From: Gammaproteobacteria bacterium
GTDB lineage: Bacteria > Pseudomonadota > Gammaproteobacteria > Steroidobacterales > JABDLF01
Reading direction: 5' to 3'
Assembly: GCA_041565075.1 (NCBI GenBank)
Contig: JBFGOQ010000001.1
Location: 30,340 to 94,339, forward strand
DNA: 64,000 bases
Part shown: positions 54,011 through 64,000 of the stretch, in pieces
How positions within the stretch are numbered: the stretch's first letter is position 1
Layout: the number at the start of each line of letters is the position of its first letter
Made by a program: the position numbers and the translations under genes
Notes under the pieces: model-generated
The model's database searches: none
Seen by the model: the letters and a program-made list of their open reading frames with translations, nothing else
What the model was told of the DNA's origin: nothing

Positions 54011-56244
54011 CGTTGGGCGTCGCGCAATGCCTCGCCGACGTGCACGGTAAACTCGTCGGCCGGCATGAAACCCGCGACGCGGTAACCATCGAGCTCGCGG
54101 CCGCGCCGATCATAAAAGACGATAGTTGGCGGGCCATAAACGCCGAAGCGTTTGAGCAGCGCCTTGTCGGCAGCATCATTTGCTGTCACGTCTGCCTGCA
54201 GCAACAACGTGTCGCCCAGCGCCGCCTGCACGGACGGATCGGTAAACGTGTACTTTTCCATTTCCAGGCAAGAAACACACCAGTCGGCATAGAAATCGAG
54301 CATTACCGTCTTGCCGTTGGCACTTGCTTCGGCGAGCGCAGCGTCGAGGTCGGCGATGGTCTTGATCCGATTAAATTGCAAGCCATGCCCGGTTTCGACG
54401 CTCGCGCCGACTAACGAGGTGCCTCGCAGTGGCCGCCAGGTATCCTTGCCGCCGGCCGCGACTCCCACGAGCATCAACAAGCCATAGGCGGTCATGATGA
54501 AGCCGAGCGCGCGACCGAAGCGGCGCCATCCGCTTTGTGCCGCACCCATCGCACGGGCAGCGCCCATGAAAATACCCGTCACCACCAGCAGGGCGCCCCA
54601 CATGAACATGGTGATTGCATGAGGCAACACGCGTTCCAGCATCCAGATCGCCACGCCCAGCAGCATGACACCGAATGCCGCTTTCACGACATTCATCCAT
54701 GCCCCCGCCTTCGGCAGCAGTTTGCCGGCCGAAGCGCCAACGATCAGCAATGGCGCACCCATTCCAAGACTCATGGCAAACAAGGCTGCTGCGCCCCGCG
54801 CGGGTTCCCCGGCCTGGCCTATTACGGCGAGTGCTGCGACCAGTGGCGGCGCAACGCACGCGGTGACAATGAGGGCCGACAAGACGCCCATGATTGCAGT
54901 ACCGATATAGGTGCCCGCTTTCTGGCGGTTGCTGAGATCAGACATGCGCGTCTGGATCGCGCCGGGCATCTGCAATTCGTACAGTCCGAACATGGATAAG
55001 GCCAGCACCACGAACAGGCCGGCGAAGCTTATGATTATCCAGGGTTGCTGAAATATCGCCTGCATCTGCTGGCCAAACAATGCTGCCGTGGCGCCTGCTG
55101 CCGTATAGGTAATGGCCATTCCCAGTACGTAGGTCAGCGACAGCATGAAGGCGCGTCGGGTGCTTACATTTTCGCCCTGCCCGGCGATGATCCCGGACAA
55201 TATTGGAATCATGGGCAGTACGCACGGCGTGAACGCCAGCAACAAGCCAAGGCCGAAAAACGTCAGCAGGACCCAGGCAAGGCGGCTGTCCTTGATCAGT
55301 GTTGCGAGCCGCGCCTGCTCGGAAATTTTGCTGCCGCGGGCCGTCGCGGGCAGGAGCGCGCTCACGCCATTGGCCGCGTTCAACAGGACCGGTGCTTGCT
55401 GCGCGAAAGGCGGGTAACAGATGCCGTCTTCCTTGCACCCCTGCGATTCGGTGAGCAGCATGAATTCTTGCAGGCCGTCATCGCTGTTGGCCAGCGGCAG
55501 CAAAATCTCCACGCCGCGGTAATACACTTCGCTACGCCCGAAATACTCGTCCTCCTTGAACTTGCCATCTGGAAACTGGGCATCGCCAAGGCTCACGGCG
55601 GGTGGCGTCGCACTGAAGCGAAACTTGTCGCGATACATGTAATAGCCGGGCGCAATGCTCCAGCGCACCCGAAGAAGCCCGCCGCCGACCATTTCCGCGC
55701 TGAGAATAAACGCCTGTTCGGGCGGCAAGATTTCGTCGTCGCGTTGTTTTTCTGCTGCAGTCCCGAACAACTCGACGAGGCTTGCGGGCGCCGCGCCCGT
55801 CGACTGCGTGGCGGCTTGCGGCGCAGGCGGCAGCGCGATATCCGTGACCCAGGTCTGCGGTGGAAAGCAAATACCAATGTCGGCACACCCCTGGCTCTTT
55901 ATTTCCAGCGTCAGGGTGTCGGCGGCAGCTGCCAGACGCGTATAGGGGATCACAATTTCGAAGCGGCCGCGATAAATTTCCATCTCGCCGAAAAATTCGT
56001 CGACCTTGCGTTTGCCTGGCGGCATCTCGGCTGCACCGAGCTCGATGTTTTCGCTGCGGCTGGCGAAGCCGAACTTGGCGCGATACATATAGTAGCCCGG
56101 TAAAGCGTTCCAGCTGACGGTGAGCTTGTTTGCGTCAGCGACCGCGGTATAGAGGTACGCTTCGGTCGGCGGCAGCAATTCTTCCTGGGCGGCAGCGGCG
56201 AGCGGGCTCAGCACAAGCAAGAAAATGACGGGGATAAATCTCAT
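54007..56244 (-). CDS. dsbD: Thiol:disulfide interchange protein DsbD with a duplicated N-terminal alpha domain
   Basis: Two tandem alpha domains each carry QGC..GIC(F/Y)PP. They are followed by the polytopic beta domain and a C-terminal thioredoxin-like domain (YADWCVSC). The likely start MRFIPVIF (56244) overlaps the cutA stop (ATGA). Confidence 0.9.
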   Translation of the reverse strand: MRFIPVIFLLVLSPLAAAAQEELLPPTEAYLYTAVADANKLTVSWNALPGYYMYRAKFGFASRSENIELGAAEMPPGKRKVDEFFGEMEIYRGRFEIVIPYTRLAAAADTLTLEIKSQGCADIGICFPPQTWVTDIALPPAPQAATQSTGAAPASLVELFGTAAEKQRDDEILPPEQAFILSAEMVGGGLLRVRWSIAPGYYMYRDKFRFSATPPAVSLGDAQFPDGKFKEDEYFGRSEVYYRGVEILLPLANSDDGLQEFMLLTESQGCKEDGICYPPFAQQAPVLLNAANGVSALLPATARGSKISEQARLATLIKDSRLAWVLLTFFGLGLLLAFTPCVLPMIPILSGIIAGQGENVSTRRAFMLSLTYVLGMAITYTAAGATAALFGQQMQAIFQQPWIIISFAGLFVVLALSMFGLYELQMPGAIQTRMSDLSNRQKAGTYIGTAIMGVLSALIVTACVAPPLVAALAVIGQAGEPARGAAALFAMSLGMGAPLLIVGASAGKLLPKAGAWMNVVKAAFGVMLLGVAIWMLERVLPHAITMFMWGALLVVTGIFMGAARAMGAAQSGWRRFGRALGFIMTAYGLLMLVGVAAGGKDTWRPLRGTSLVGASVETGHGLQFNRIKTIADLDAALAEASANGKTVMLDFYADWCVSCLEMEKYTFTDPSVQAALGDTLLLQADVTANDAADKALLKRFGVYGPPTIVFYDRRGRELDGYRVAGFMPADEFTVHVGEALRDAQR

Positions 56245-56597
56245 GGTTCTAGCACGGCGACATTGGCGCTCACCCATTCCAGGTAGGCTCGCGAGCCTCC
56301 GGAGCTAGGGACCGCGAGGACCTCAGGAAGTTCATAGGGGTGCCGGTCATGAATGCAGCGCTCCACCGCAGGCACACAGGCCGCACTTGTCTTGATAAGC
56401 AGCAGGCATTCTTCATCATGACAGACCTTGCCCGACCATTGATACGTGGAGATCACTCCGGGCAGCAAATTGACGCAGGCTGCCAGCCGCGCCTCGACCA
56501 ACGCCCTGGCGATCTCTTGTGCAACTTCCTGAGTTGGGCAGGTACAAAACACGACCTGGATGTCGCGGCTGGAAGTGTCTTGCTGGCCCAGGGTCAC
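56241..56597 (-). CDS. cutA: Divalent-cation tolerance protein CutA
   Basis: The 118-aa ORF reads VVFCTCPTQEVAQEIARALVEARLAACVNLLPGVISTYQW. The cutA-dsbD order matches E. coli. Confidence 0.9.
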   Translation of the reverse strand: MTLGQQDTSSRDIQVVFCTCPTQEVAQEIARALVEARLAACVNLLPGVISTYQWSGKVCHDEECLLLIKTSAACVPAVERCIHDRHPYELPEVLAVPSSGGSRAYLEWVSANVAVLEP

Positions 56598-56663
56598 TCA
56601 GTTTCTCCCCAAAATGGTCGCCAAGGATACGTGGCAAGGGGGCCGCTGTCATGGCCGCTGAGG

Positions 56664-56691
56664 TTGACTCCGGGTCGCTGGTGACTAGAAT
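56664..56691 (+). promoter_or_regulatory. Sigma70-like groESL promoter (-35 TTGACT, 16-nt spacer, -10 TAGAAT)
   Basis: Read directly: aggTTGACTccgggtcgctggtgacTAGAATtgg. Confidence 0.55.
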
Positions 56692-56717
56692 TGGCACTCG
56701 TTTCGCACGAGTGCCAG
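56691..56717 (+). promoter_or_regulatory. CIRCE-like HrcA operator TTGGCACTC-N9-GAGTGCCAG
   Basis: This is a 9-bp perfect inverted repeat with a 9-nt spacer. It matches the CIRCE consensus TTAGCACTC-N9-GAGTGCTAA at 15 of 18 arm positions. It abuts the -10 hexamer. Confidence 0.75.
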
Positions 56718-56792
56718 AGTCAGGCGCCGCGGGCTGCGACTTTAAAACGGCAGCTGCGTAAAAAAAGTTAATTAAATCAAGGAGAAGTATCC

Positions 56793-57086
56793 ATGAAGAT
56801 GCGACCGCTTCATGACCGGGTGATCATCCGGCGGATGGAAGAAGAGACCCTTTCTGCGGGAGGGATCGTGATTCCTGACAGCGCTGCCGAAAAACCCATA
56901 CGTGGCGAGGTCATCGCCGTGGGCAAGGGCAAGGTGATGGAAAACGGCGATTTGCGTCCTGTCGATCTGCAGATCGGCGACCGCGTCCTGTATGGCAAGT
57001 ATTCGGGTACCGAGGTGAAAATCGACGGGGAAGAGCTTCTTGTCATGCGCGAAGAAGACATCATGGCGGTGCTGGAGAGCGCCTGA
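56793..57086 (+). CDS. groES: Co-chaperonin GroES
   Basis: [35 protein letters not shown].... An AAGGAGAA ribosome-binding site lies upstream. Confidence 0.97.
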   Translation: MKMRPLHDRVIIRRMEEETLSAGGIVIPDSAAEKPIRGEVIAVGKGKVMENGDLRPVDLQIGDRVLYGKYSGTEVKIDGEELLVMREEDIMAVLESA

Positions 57087-57117
57087 GCAAACCCATCACA
57101 GGGCAACAATTTTTTGA

Positions 57118-58788
<1,671 letters not shown>

Positions 58789-58813
58789 GCCTCGTCTTTC
58801 CCGCGATCACAAA

Positions 58814-58846
58814 CCCCGCGTGCTGATGTACGCGGGGTTTTTTTTT
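58814..58846 (+). terminator. Rho-independent terminator of groESL
   Basis: The stem CCCCGCG (58814..58820) pairs with CGCGGGG (58831..58837) and is followed by nine T residues. Confidence 0.85.
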
Positions 58847-58890
58847 AGGGGTTAGACTTGCCGCACATAAGTGGTCCCGGACCGTGATAT

Positions 58891-61755
58891 ATGAGTTTGC
58901 CTGCTGCCATAGAAAAATTGCCGCCGCCGCTCGCGGAAAGTGCTGGGGCGAGCTGGGGGGAACTGGCCACACGCGAGCCCGATCTCGCCGCGCGCCTGCT
59001 TGCAGATACGAAGCTGGCCACCAGCCTCGGGCGGGTGTGGGGGGCAAGCGAGTTCGTCAGCGGGCTGTGCGCGCGCCGCCCGCACCTGCTAGCTGAGCTG
59101 CTCGAGTCAGGCGAATTGCTGGCAGCAGACCCGGCCGGGAATTGGCCCCGAGTCAGGTTTGCCCTGGAGCAGGACGAGGATGTTTTTATGACAGCGCTGC
59201 GCGGCCACCGACAGCGCGCGCTGTTGCGTATTGCCTGGCGCGATCTGGCGGGCTGGGCGTCACTGGAGGAAACGCTTCGTGATCTGTCGGCGCTGGCCGA
59301 CGCCTGCATCGAAGCGGCGTTGGCATACAGCGCGCATCAACTGGCCCAACGTCATGGCTGGCCGGGTCCCGATGAGCAGGGGTCGCCTTGTGAGCTGATT
59401 GTCGTGGCCATGGGAAAACTCGGCGCCAGCGAGCTCAATTTTTCTTCGGACATCGATCTCATATTTCTTTATCCGCTTGCCGGAGAGTCTGACGGCGAGC
59501 GGCCGCTGACACATGAAGCCTGGTTTACACGCCAGGCTCGCCAGGTAATTCGCCTGCTGGATACGAGGACCGAGGATGGCTTCGTGTTTCGTGTGGACAT
59601 GCGACTGCGACCCTTTGGCGCGAGTGGGCCGCTGGTTATGAGCCTGCCGGCGTTCGAGGTTTACCTGCAGCAGCACGGCCGCGATTGGGAGCGCTATGCA
59701 TGGGTCAAAGCGCGCGCGCTCAGCGGCACACAGGCGCAGCGTACGGCGATGGCCGAAGTTCTGCGGCCGTTTGTCTACCGGCGCTACCTCGACTACGGGG
59801 TATTCGAGTCGTTGCGCGCAATGAAAACCAAGGTGGCCCGATTGAGCCGGCAAAAGGCACGCCAGCACGATATCAAGCTGGGACCGGGCGGTATTCGCGA
59901 AATCGAGTTCATGGTGCAGTGTTTTCAGCTGATTCGTGGTGGCAATGACCCGGCGCTGCGCACGCGCGGGCTGCTGGCAGCGCTTGCCCGGCTGGCTGAG
60001 CGATCCCAGCTGGAACCGGCCACGGCGGAAGCGCTGGCCCGGCATTACCGTTTCCTGCGTGTACTGGAGAATCGCATTCAAGCGATGCAGGATCGCCAGG
60101 TTCATGAGTTGCCCGCGGATGAGACCAGCAGATGCCGGCTGGTCCTGGCAATGGCTGTGGATGACTGGCAGGCGCTGAGTGATGAAGTGGCCTCGCGCAC
60201 CGCGCACGTGCACAGCGTTTTCAAGGAACTCGTGCTCGGGCCGGTGGAACCCGAAGACAACGATGCTTCCGAACTCGTCGGTGCCTGGGAACAGAGCCTC
60301 TCTGAAGAAGCTTGCCTGGCCTTACTTGCGCGCGCCGGATTCGAGTCGCCAAAGGAAGTGCTCGGACTGCTACGCGCCCTGCGTAGCGGTAATCTGTATC
60401 GTCGCATGGACGCTGCCGGGCGCCAGCGACTCAATCGGTTGATGCCGCTGATGCTGCAGGCGGCCGCCAACACCAGCCCTGCAACTGATGTTCTGCGGAA
60501 TGTGGTCGCAATCATCGAGACGGTCGGGCGACGCAGTGCCTATTTTGCCTTGCTTAACGAAAACCGCGACGTGCGCAACAGGTTGGTGAGCCTGTGTGCC
60601 GGCAGCCGTTTGCTGGCGGAGGAGATTTCCGAGCACCCGGTTCTGCTGGACGAACTCATTGATCCCCGGGTTTTCGAAACGCCACCCAGCAGTACGGAAA
60701 TGCACCATGAACTCGAGCGTCGGTTCGCGGGTATCGCGGACACAGACCTGGAGGCGCAGATGGAGGTCCTGCGAACCTTCCAGCGCGCATGGGTGTTTCG
60801 TATAGCACTGGCTGATCTCTATGGCGTACTGCCGCTGATGAAAGTCAGCGACCGCCTGACCGAGTTGGCCGAGATCATGCTGCAGAAGGTTCTCGATCTG
60901 GCGCAGGCGCAGCTGGCAGCAAAACACGGCCGCCCCCGCAAGCAAAACAGCGGCGAAGGCGCAGGCTTTGCCATAGTCGGTTACGGCAAGCTCGGTGGCC
61001 TGGAACTTGGGTACGGGTCGGACCTGGATCTGGTGTTTGTGTATGACGGTGCGACTCAGGGTCACACCGACGGCCAGCATGTCATTGACGACGGGGTCTT
61101 CTTCACGCGTCTCGCGCAACGTATCGTGCATATGCTGTCTACCCAGACACGCTCCGGACGGCTGTACGAGGTCGACACGCGACTGCGTCCCAGCGGCCAG
61201 TCCGGGTTGCTGGTGATCGAGATCGGGGCCTTCGAAGATTATCAGCGAGACAAGGCCTGGACCTGGGAGCACCAGGCTTTGCTGCGGGCGCGCACCGTGG
61301 CCGGCGACCGTGGGCTGGCGCAAGAGTTCGAAGCGCTGCGCCGGCGAGTACTTTGCCAGCCACGCAGGCAGCCAGCCCTGCGCGCCGAAATCGTCAAGAT
61401 GCGTGAACGGATGCGCGCGGAACTCGATACCAGCGAGAGCGGGCGGTTTGATCTCAAGCAGGGACGTGGCGGTATTACCGATATTGAGTTTCTGGTGCAG
61501 TACTTCGTGTTACTGCACGCAGATGCGTATCCGGAACTGGTGCATTGGTCGGACAATATTCGCCAGCTCGAAAGCCTTGCCAACGCGCGGGTAATTTCGG
61601 CCGCAACCGCGGAATCGCTGGCAGAAATCTATCGGACCTATCGGCAGCGCCTGCATCGCCTTGCACTGGACCGGGCGGGAAAAAGTGTGCCCGAGACCGA
61701 ATTAAGCAATGAGCGCGCTGCTGTCGGCCGACTCTGGCAGCAGGAATTCGGCTAG
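58891..61755 (+). CDS. glnE: Bifunctional glutamine synthetase adenylyltransferase / adenylyl-removing enzyme GlnE
   Basis: The 954-aa ORF has two nucleotidyltransferase modules (GKLGASELNFSSDIDLIFLY and GKLGGLELGYGSDLDLVFVY). Confidence 0.93.
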   Translation: MSLPAAIEKLPPPLAESAGASWGELATREPDLAARLLADTKLATSLGRVWGASEFVSGLCARRPHLLAELLESGELLAADPAGNWPRVRFALEQDEDVFMTALRGHRQRALLRIAWRDLAGWASLEETLRDLSALADACIEAALAYSAHQLAQRHGWPGPDEQGSPCELIVVAMGKLGASELNFSSDIDLIFLYPLAGESDGERPLTHEAWFTRQARQVIRLLDTRTEDGFVFRVDMRLRPFGASGPLVMSLPAFEVYLQQHGRDWERYAWVKARALSGTQAQRTAMAEVLRPFVYRRYLDYGVFESLRAMKTKVARLSRQKARQHDIKLGPGGIREIEFMVQCFQLIRGGNDPALRTRGLLAALARLAERSQLEPATAEALARHYRFLRVLENRIQAMQDRQVHELPADETSRCRLVLAMAVDDWQALSDEVASRTAHVHSVFKELVLGPVEPEDNDASELVGAWEQSLSEEACLALLARAGFESPKEVLGLLRALRSGNLYRRMDAAGRQRLNRLMPLMLQAAANTSPATDVLRNVVAIIETVGRRSAYFALLNENRDVRNRLVSLCAGSRLLAEEISEHPVLLDELIDPRVFETPPSSTEMHHELERRFAGIADTDLEAQMEVLRTFQRAWVFRIALADLYGVLPLMKVSDRLTELAEIMLQKVLDLAQAQLAAKHGRPRKQNSGEGAGFAIVGYGKLGGLELGYGSDLDLVFVYDGATQGHTDGQHVIDDGVFFTRLAQRIVHMLSTQTRSGRLYEVDTRLRPSGQSGLLVIEIGAFEDYQRDKAWTWEHQALLRARTVAGDRGLAQEFEALRRRVLCQPRRQPALRAEIVKMRERMRAELDTSESGRFDLKQGRGGITDIEFLVQYFVLLHADAYPELVHWSDNIRQLESLANARVISAATAESLAEIYRTYRQRLHRLALDRAGKSVPETELSNERAAVGRLWQQEFG

Positions 61756-61821
61756 CAGAGAGCCACTCCCGCACTGCTATAATCCCGGCCCGGCAGATAA
61801 ACAGAGAATTGAGCAAAGCCT

Positions 61822-62031
61822 ATGCGGCAATCTTCAGAAAGTATGACAGGTGGCGAGCAGCCCAATGCACAGACGAAGTACGAAGTTTCGCAGGATGATT
61901 TACCCTTGCATTGCCCGCTGCCAAATATGAGCCTGTGGAATTCTCACCCGCGGGTTTTCATTCCGATCGAGGATACCGGGGAGGCGCATTGCCCGGACTG
62001 CGGTGCTTTATTCGTGCTCAGCCAGGGCTAG
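61822..62031 (+). CDS. zf-CHCC-type zinc-finger small protein
   Basis: LHCPLPNMSLWNSHPRVFIPIEDTGEAHCPDCGALFVL matches the CHCC zinc-finger pattern related to NDUFS6. Confidence 0.65.
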   Translation: MRQSSESMTGGEQPNAQTKYEVSQDDLPLHCPLPNMSLWNSHPRVFIPIEDTGEAHCPDCGALFVLSQG

Positions 62032-63029
62032 TCGGCGGCAGGTGTCGCTGCAGCCCGACCCGAGTTGACGGACCTGGGGCTGAGCCAGCTGCGGTGCTTC
62101 AGCGCAGAAATATAATACCGGCACAGGCGCACCCACAGCGCGCCGCGTAAACGCAGACCGCTCACCTGTCCGAGCGTCAATAAGTTCGCAATGCCGGCCA
62201 GGCTCAGCGGCACCAGGTTTCGCATCATTACAATGGCCTGGTTGGCGAGACCATGCATGCCCCGGAAATGCCGGTTCACATAGACATGTGCGGATATCAT
62301 GACTTCGGTCTTGGTCAGTAGCCGGGTCGCTGCGTCGCGCCGGCTGGCCCCACCATGCACATGCACAAAACCCGCGATTGGCGCGCATCCCCGACGCATG
62401 TCAAGAGCAGCTGCGCGCCGACACAAATCCATGTCTTCCGCATACATCCAGAAATCCTCGCTCCAACCAGCCAGCCTGTCGAATTCGGGCCGGCCGATCA
62501 AGAGCAGCGAACCTGAAATCCAGTCGCATTCCACAATCTCTGCATGCGGTCTTCGCGGGTCGGGATTGCTTGCCGGCGCAATGATACGCAACAGGCCACG
62601 CACGGCGCGTGAGTAGGTGAGCAGGTCCGGGAAGCGATCAAAAGCTTTTTGCAGGCGCCCGTTCTCGTTCTCCTGGAGCGCGGTCAGCAGCTTGAATTCG
62701 GGGTACGCCTGTCGAGTCGCAAGCAAGCGCCGGATGGCCTCGGGCGCGACGCGCATGTCGGGATTCAGAAACAGCAGCGATCGGCCCATGGCGTGGCGCG
62801 CACCAAGGTTGTTGCCGTGGGCGAAGCCAAAGTTGCCGGTATTCAGGTAGCACTGCACCTGCGGATAGGCCTGGCGAAAGCCGGCCAGGCGATCATCGGC
62901 TGAATCGTTGTCGATGACGATGAATTCCCAAACCCCGTCGGCAAATTCCGCTGCGCCGAGCAGGCCGGTAAGCAGGCGGTCCAGATGCGCCCAGCTGCGA
63001 TAGTTGACGGTAATGATACTTAAGTCCAT
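62028..63029 (-). CDS. Family-2 glycosyltransferase
   Basis: LSIITVNYRSW...FIVIDNDSADD...FLNPD are the GT-A DxD-type motifs. Confidence 0.8.
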   Translation of the reverse strand: MDLSIITVNYRSWAHLDRLLTGLLGAAEFADGVWEFIVIDNDSADDRLAGFRQAYPQVQCYLNTGNFGFAHGNNLGARHAMGRSLLFLNPDMRVAPEAIRRLLATRQAYPEFKLLTALQENENGRLQKAFDRFPDLLTYSRAVRGLLRIIAPASNPDPRRPHAEIVECDWISGSLLLIGRPEFDRLAGWSEDFWMYAEDMDLCRRAAALDMRRGCAPIAGFVHVHGGASRRDAATRLLTKTEVMISAHVYVNRHFRGMHGLANQAIVMMRNLVPLSLAGIANLLTLGQVSGLRLRGALWVRLCRYYISALKHRSWLSPRSVNSGRAAATPAAD

Positions 63030-63061
63030 TGCAGCGTTTCAGAGTATGCGGTGACCGTGCA

Positions 63062-64000
63062 TCAATACGCCGCATGGTGCGCTGGCAGCTTGGTGGCCAG
63101 CCTGTCCAGTCGTGCGCACACCTCGGTAACCGTGATCAGTTCCATGGCGCGCGGATTGCGAACGCGCTTGCCCCAGCGCAGCGCGGACACCTCGCTGCCA
63201 AGAAATTGCCGGCAGGCATCAGGATAGCGGTCAACGACCCACTGTTTACTGAGGTAAGGTCCGGTGCGGTCAGGATTTGAAGTTGCATACAGGCCGATGA
63301 CGGGCAGCCCGACGGTGGTCGCCATATGCGCGGGTCCCGAGTCCGGGCAAATCAGCACCTTGGCACGTGCCAGCAAGGCCAGCAATTCCTTGAGACTGGT
63401 TTTGCCGATGAGGTTGCTTATCTGTGCGTCGACCCGGCATTCGATTTCCCGGCCGTAGCGACTTTCGAGCGCGGTGGGTCCCCCGGTGAGAATTACCTGC
63501 ATGTCATGCCTGGCGACCGCGTGCGCAGCGACCTGTGCATAATTAGCGGCGTCCCAATTGCGCCAGTTGCGGGCGCGTTGACTCGAGCAGGGGCTGATGA
63601 TCAGGGTCTGGCGAGTAGCGTCAATGTGCTGCTCGGCAAAGCCCTGCGCCGCATCGGGGATCGGAATGTCCCAGGAAAGTGTACGGTCGGGAATTCCCAG
63701 GTGCTCGGCAAAGGCCATGAAGCCTTCCAGCACATGTGGCCTGTCCTGCGCTGCGATTCGTGCATTGGTGAACAAGCGCTGGAAATCACGAGCCTGATCG
63801 CGATCAAAACCCAGCCGCAACGGTGCTTTGATCATGAGCGTTGCGATACTTGCCCGCAATGCCGCCTGCATATGCACCAGTAAGTCGAAGTTGCGTCCGG
63901 CCAGAGTCCTGCGCAACTGCCGAAATGCCCGCCAGCCGTCCCGCTTGTTGAAAATGATAAACTCGATGCCGGGAATGTCATCTACCAGGCTGGCTTCCAG
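63062..64000 (-). CDS. Family-9 glycosyltransferase (LPS heptosyltransferase-like), 5' end beyond the window
   Basis: LICPDSGPAHMATTVGLPVIGLYATSNPDRTGPY is the GT9 signature. The reading frame stays open upstream of Met at 63916 to the window edge (...LEASLVDDIPGIEFIIFNKRDGWRAFRQLRRTLAGR). Confidence 0.8.
   Translation of the reverse strand: MEASLVDDIPGIEFIIFNKRDGWRAFRQLRRTLAGRNFDLLVHMQAALRASIATLMIKAPLRLGFDRDQARDFQRLFTNARIAAQDRPHVLEGFMAFAEHLGIPDRTLSWDIPIPDAAQGFAEQHIDATRQTLIISPCSSQRARNWRNWDAANYAQVAAHAVARHDMQVILTGGPTALESRYGREIECRVDAQISNLIGKTSLKELLALLARAKVLICPDSGPAHMATTVGLPVIGLYATSNPDRTGPYLSKQWVVDRYPDACRQFLGSEVSALRWGKRVRNPRAMELITVTEVCARLDRLATKLPAHHAAY

Noticed and set aside
55045-56103. A 352-aa plus-strand ORF opposite dsbD. 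Similar cases are 6594..7481 opposite lipA, 50230..51102 opposite prmA, 57481..58338 opposite groEL, 33320..34243 opposite the reductase gene, and 21689..22528 opposite the PLP enzyme.
   Set aside because: All lie antisense to genes with strong signatures. They are typical high-GC shadow ORFs.
59260-61323. Two 317-aa minus-strand ORFs (59260..60213 and 60370..61323) of identical length inside glnE.
   Set aside because: Both are antisense to the two homologous nucleotidyltransferase halves of GlnE. The equal length looked intriguing, but it follows from the internal duplication of glnE and GC-rich stop-poor antisense frames. They have no motifs.

Overview
This is a high-GC chromosomal segment with gammaproteobacterium-like synteny: rhlB-trxA-rho, cutA-dsbD, aroQ-accB-accC-prmA-dusB-fis-purH-purD, groES-groEL and glnE. 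I support about 55 protein genes. I recognised no rRNA, tRNA, CRISPR array, IS element or integrase. The right part (about 35-64 kb) is ordinary housekeeping DNA. The left 21 kb is a c-di-GMP and biofilm hub. It holds a pgaABC (PNAG) operon preceded by its own PAS-GGDEF gene, and a PhnD-like binding protein translationally coupled to a HAMP-GGDEF-EAL protein. It also holds a polytopic PAS-GGDEF-EAL protein, and a CRP/Vfr/Clp-family regulator about 3 kb further right. The most interesting observations are these. (1) Two gapless 65-aa paralogues of unknown family flank the second GGDEF-EAL gene. They have no Shine-Dalgarno sequence, and their promoter geometry suggests leaderless mRNAs. (2) TGTGA-N6-TCAC(A/G) CRP-type boxes lie in front of pgaA, in both GGDEF-EAL intergenic regions and in front of the crp homologue itself. 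This implies a local CRP-family regulon over c-di-GMP and PNAG genes. (3) The two composite GGDEF-EAL proteins are reciprocally degenerate. (4) An orphan contractile-tail sheath homologue sits next to an AT-richer NYN-LOTUS gene, with no tube, baseplate or other tail genes nearby. Lesser points are a possible 65-aa basic N-terminal extension on Rho, a DsbD with two alpha domains, a CIRCE operator at groESL, and a GGCT / fused 5-oxoprolinase / symporter module. All functional calls rest on motif recognition by eye. No database search was run.
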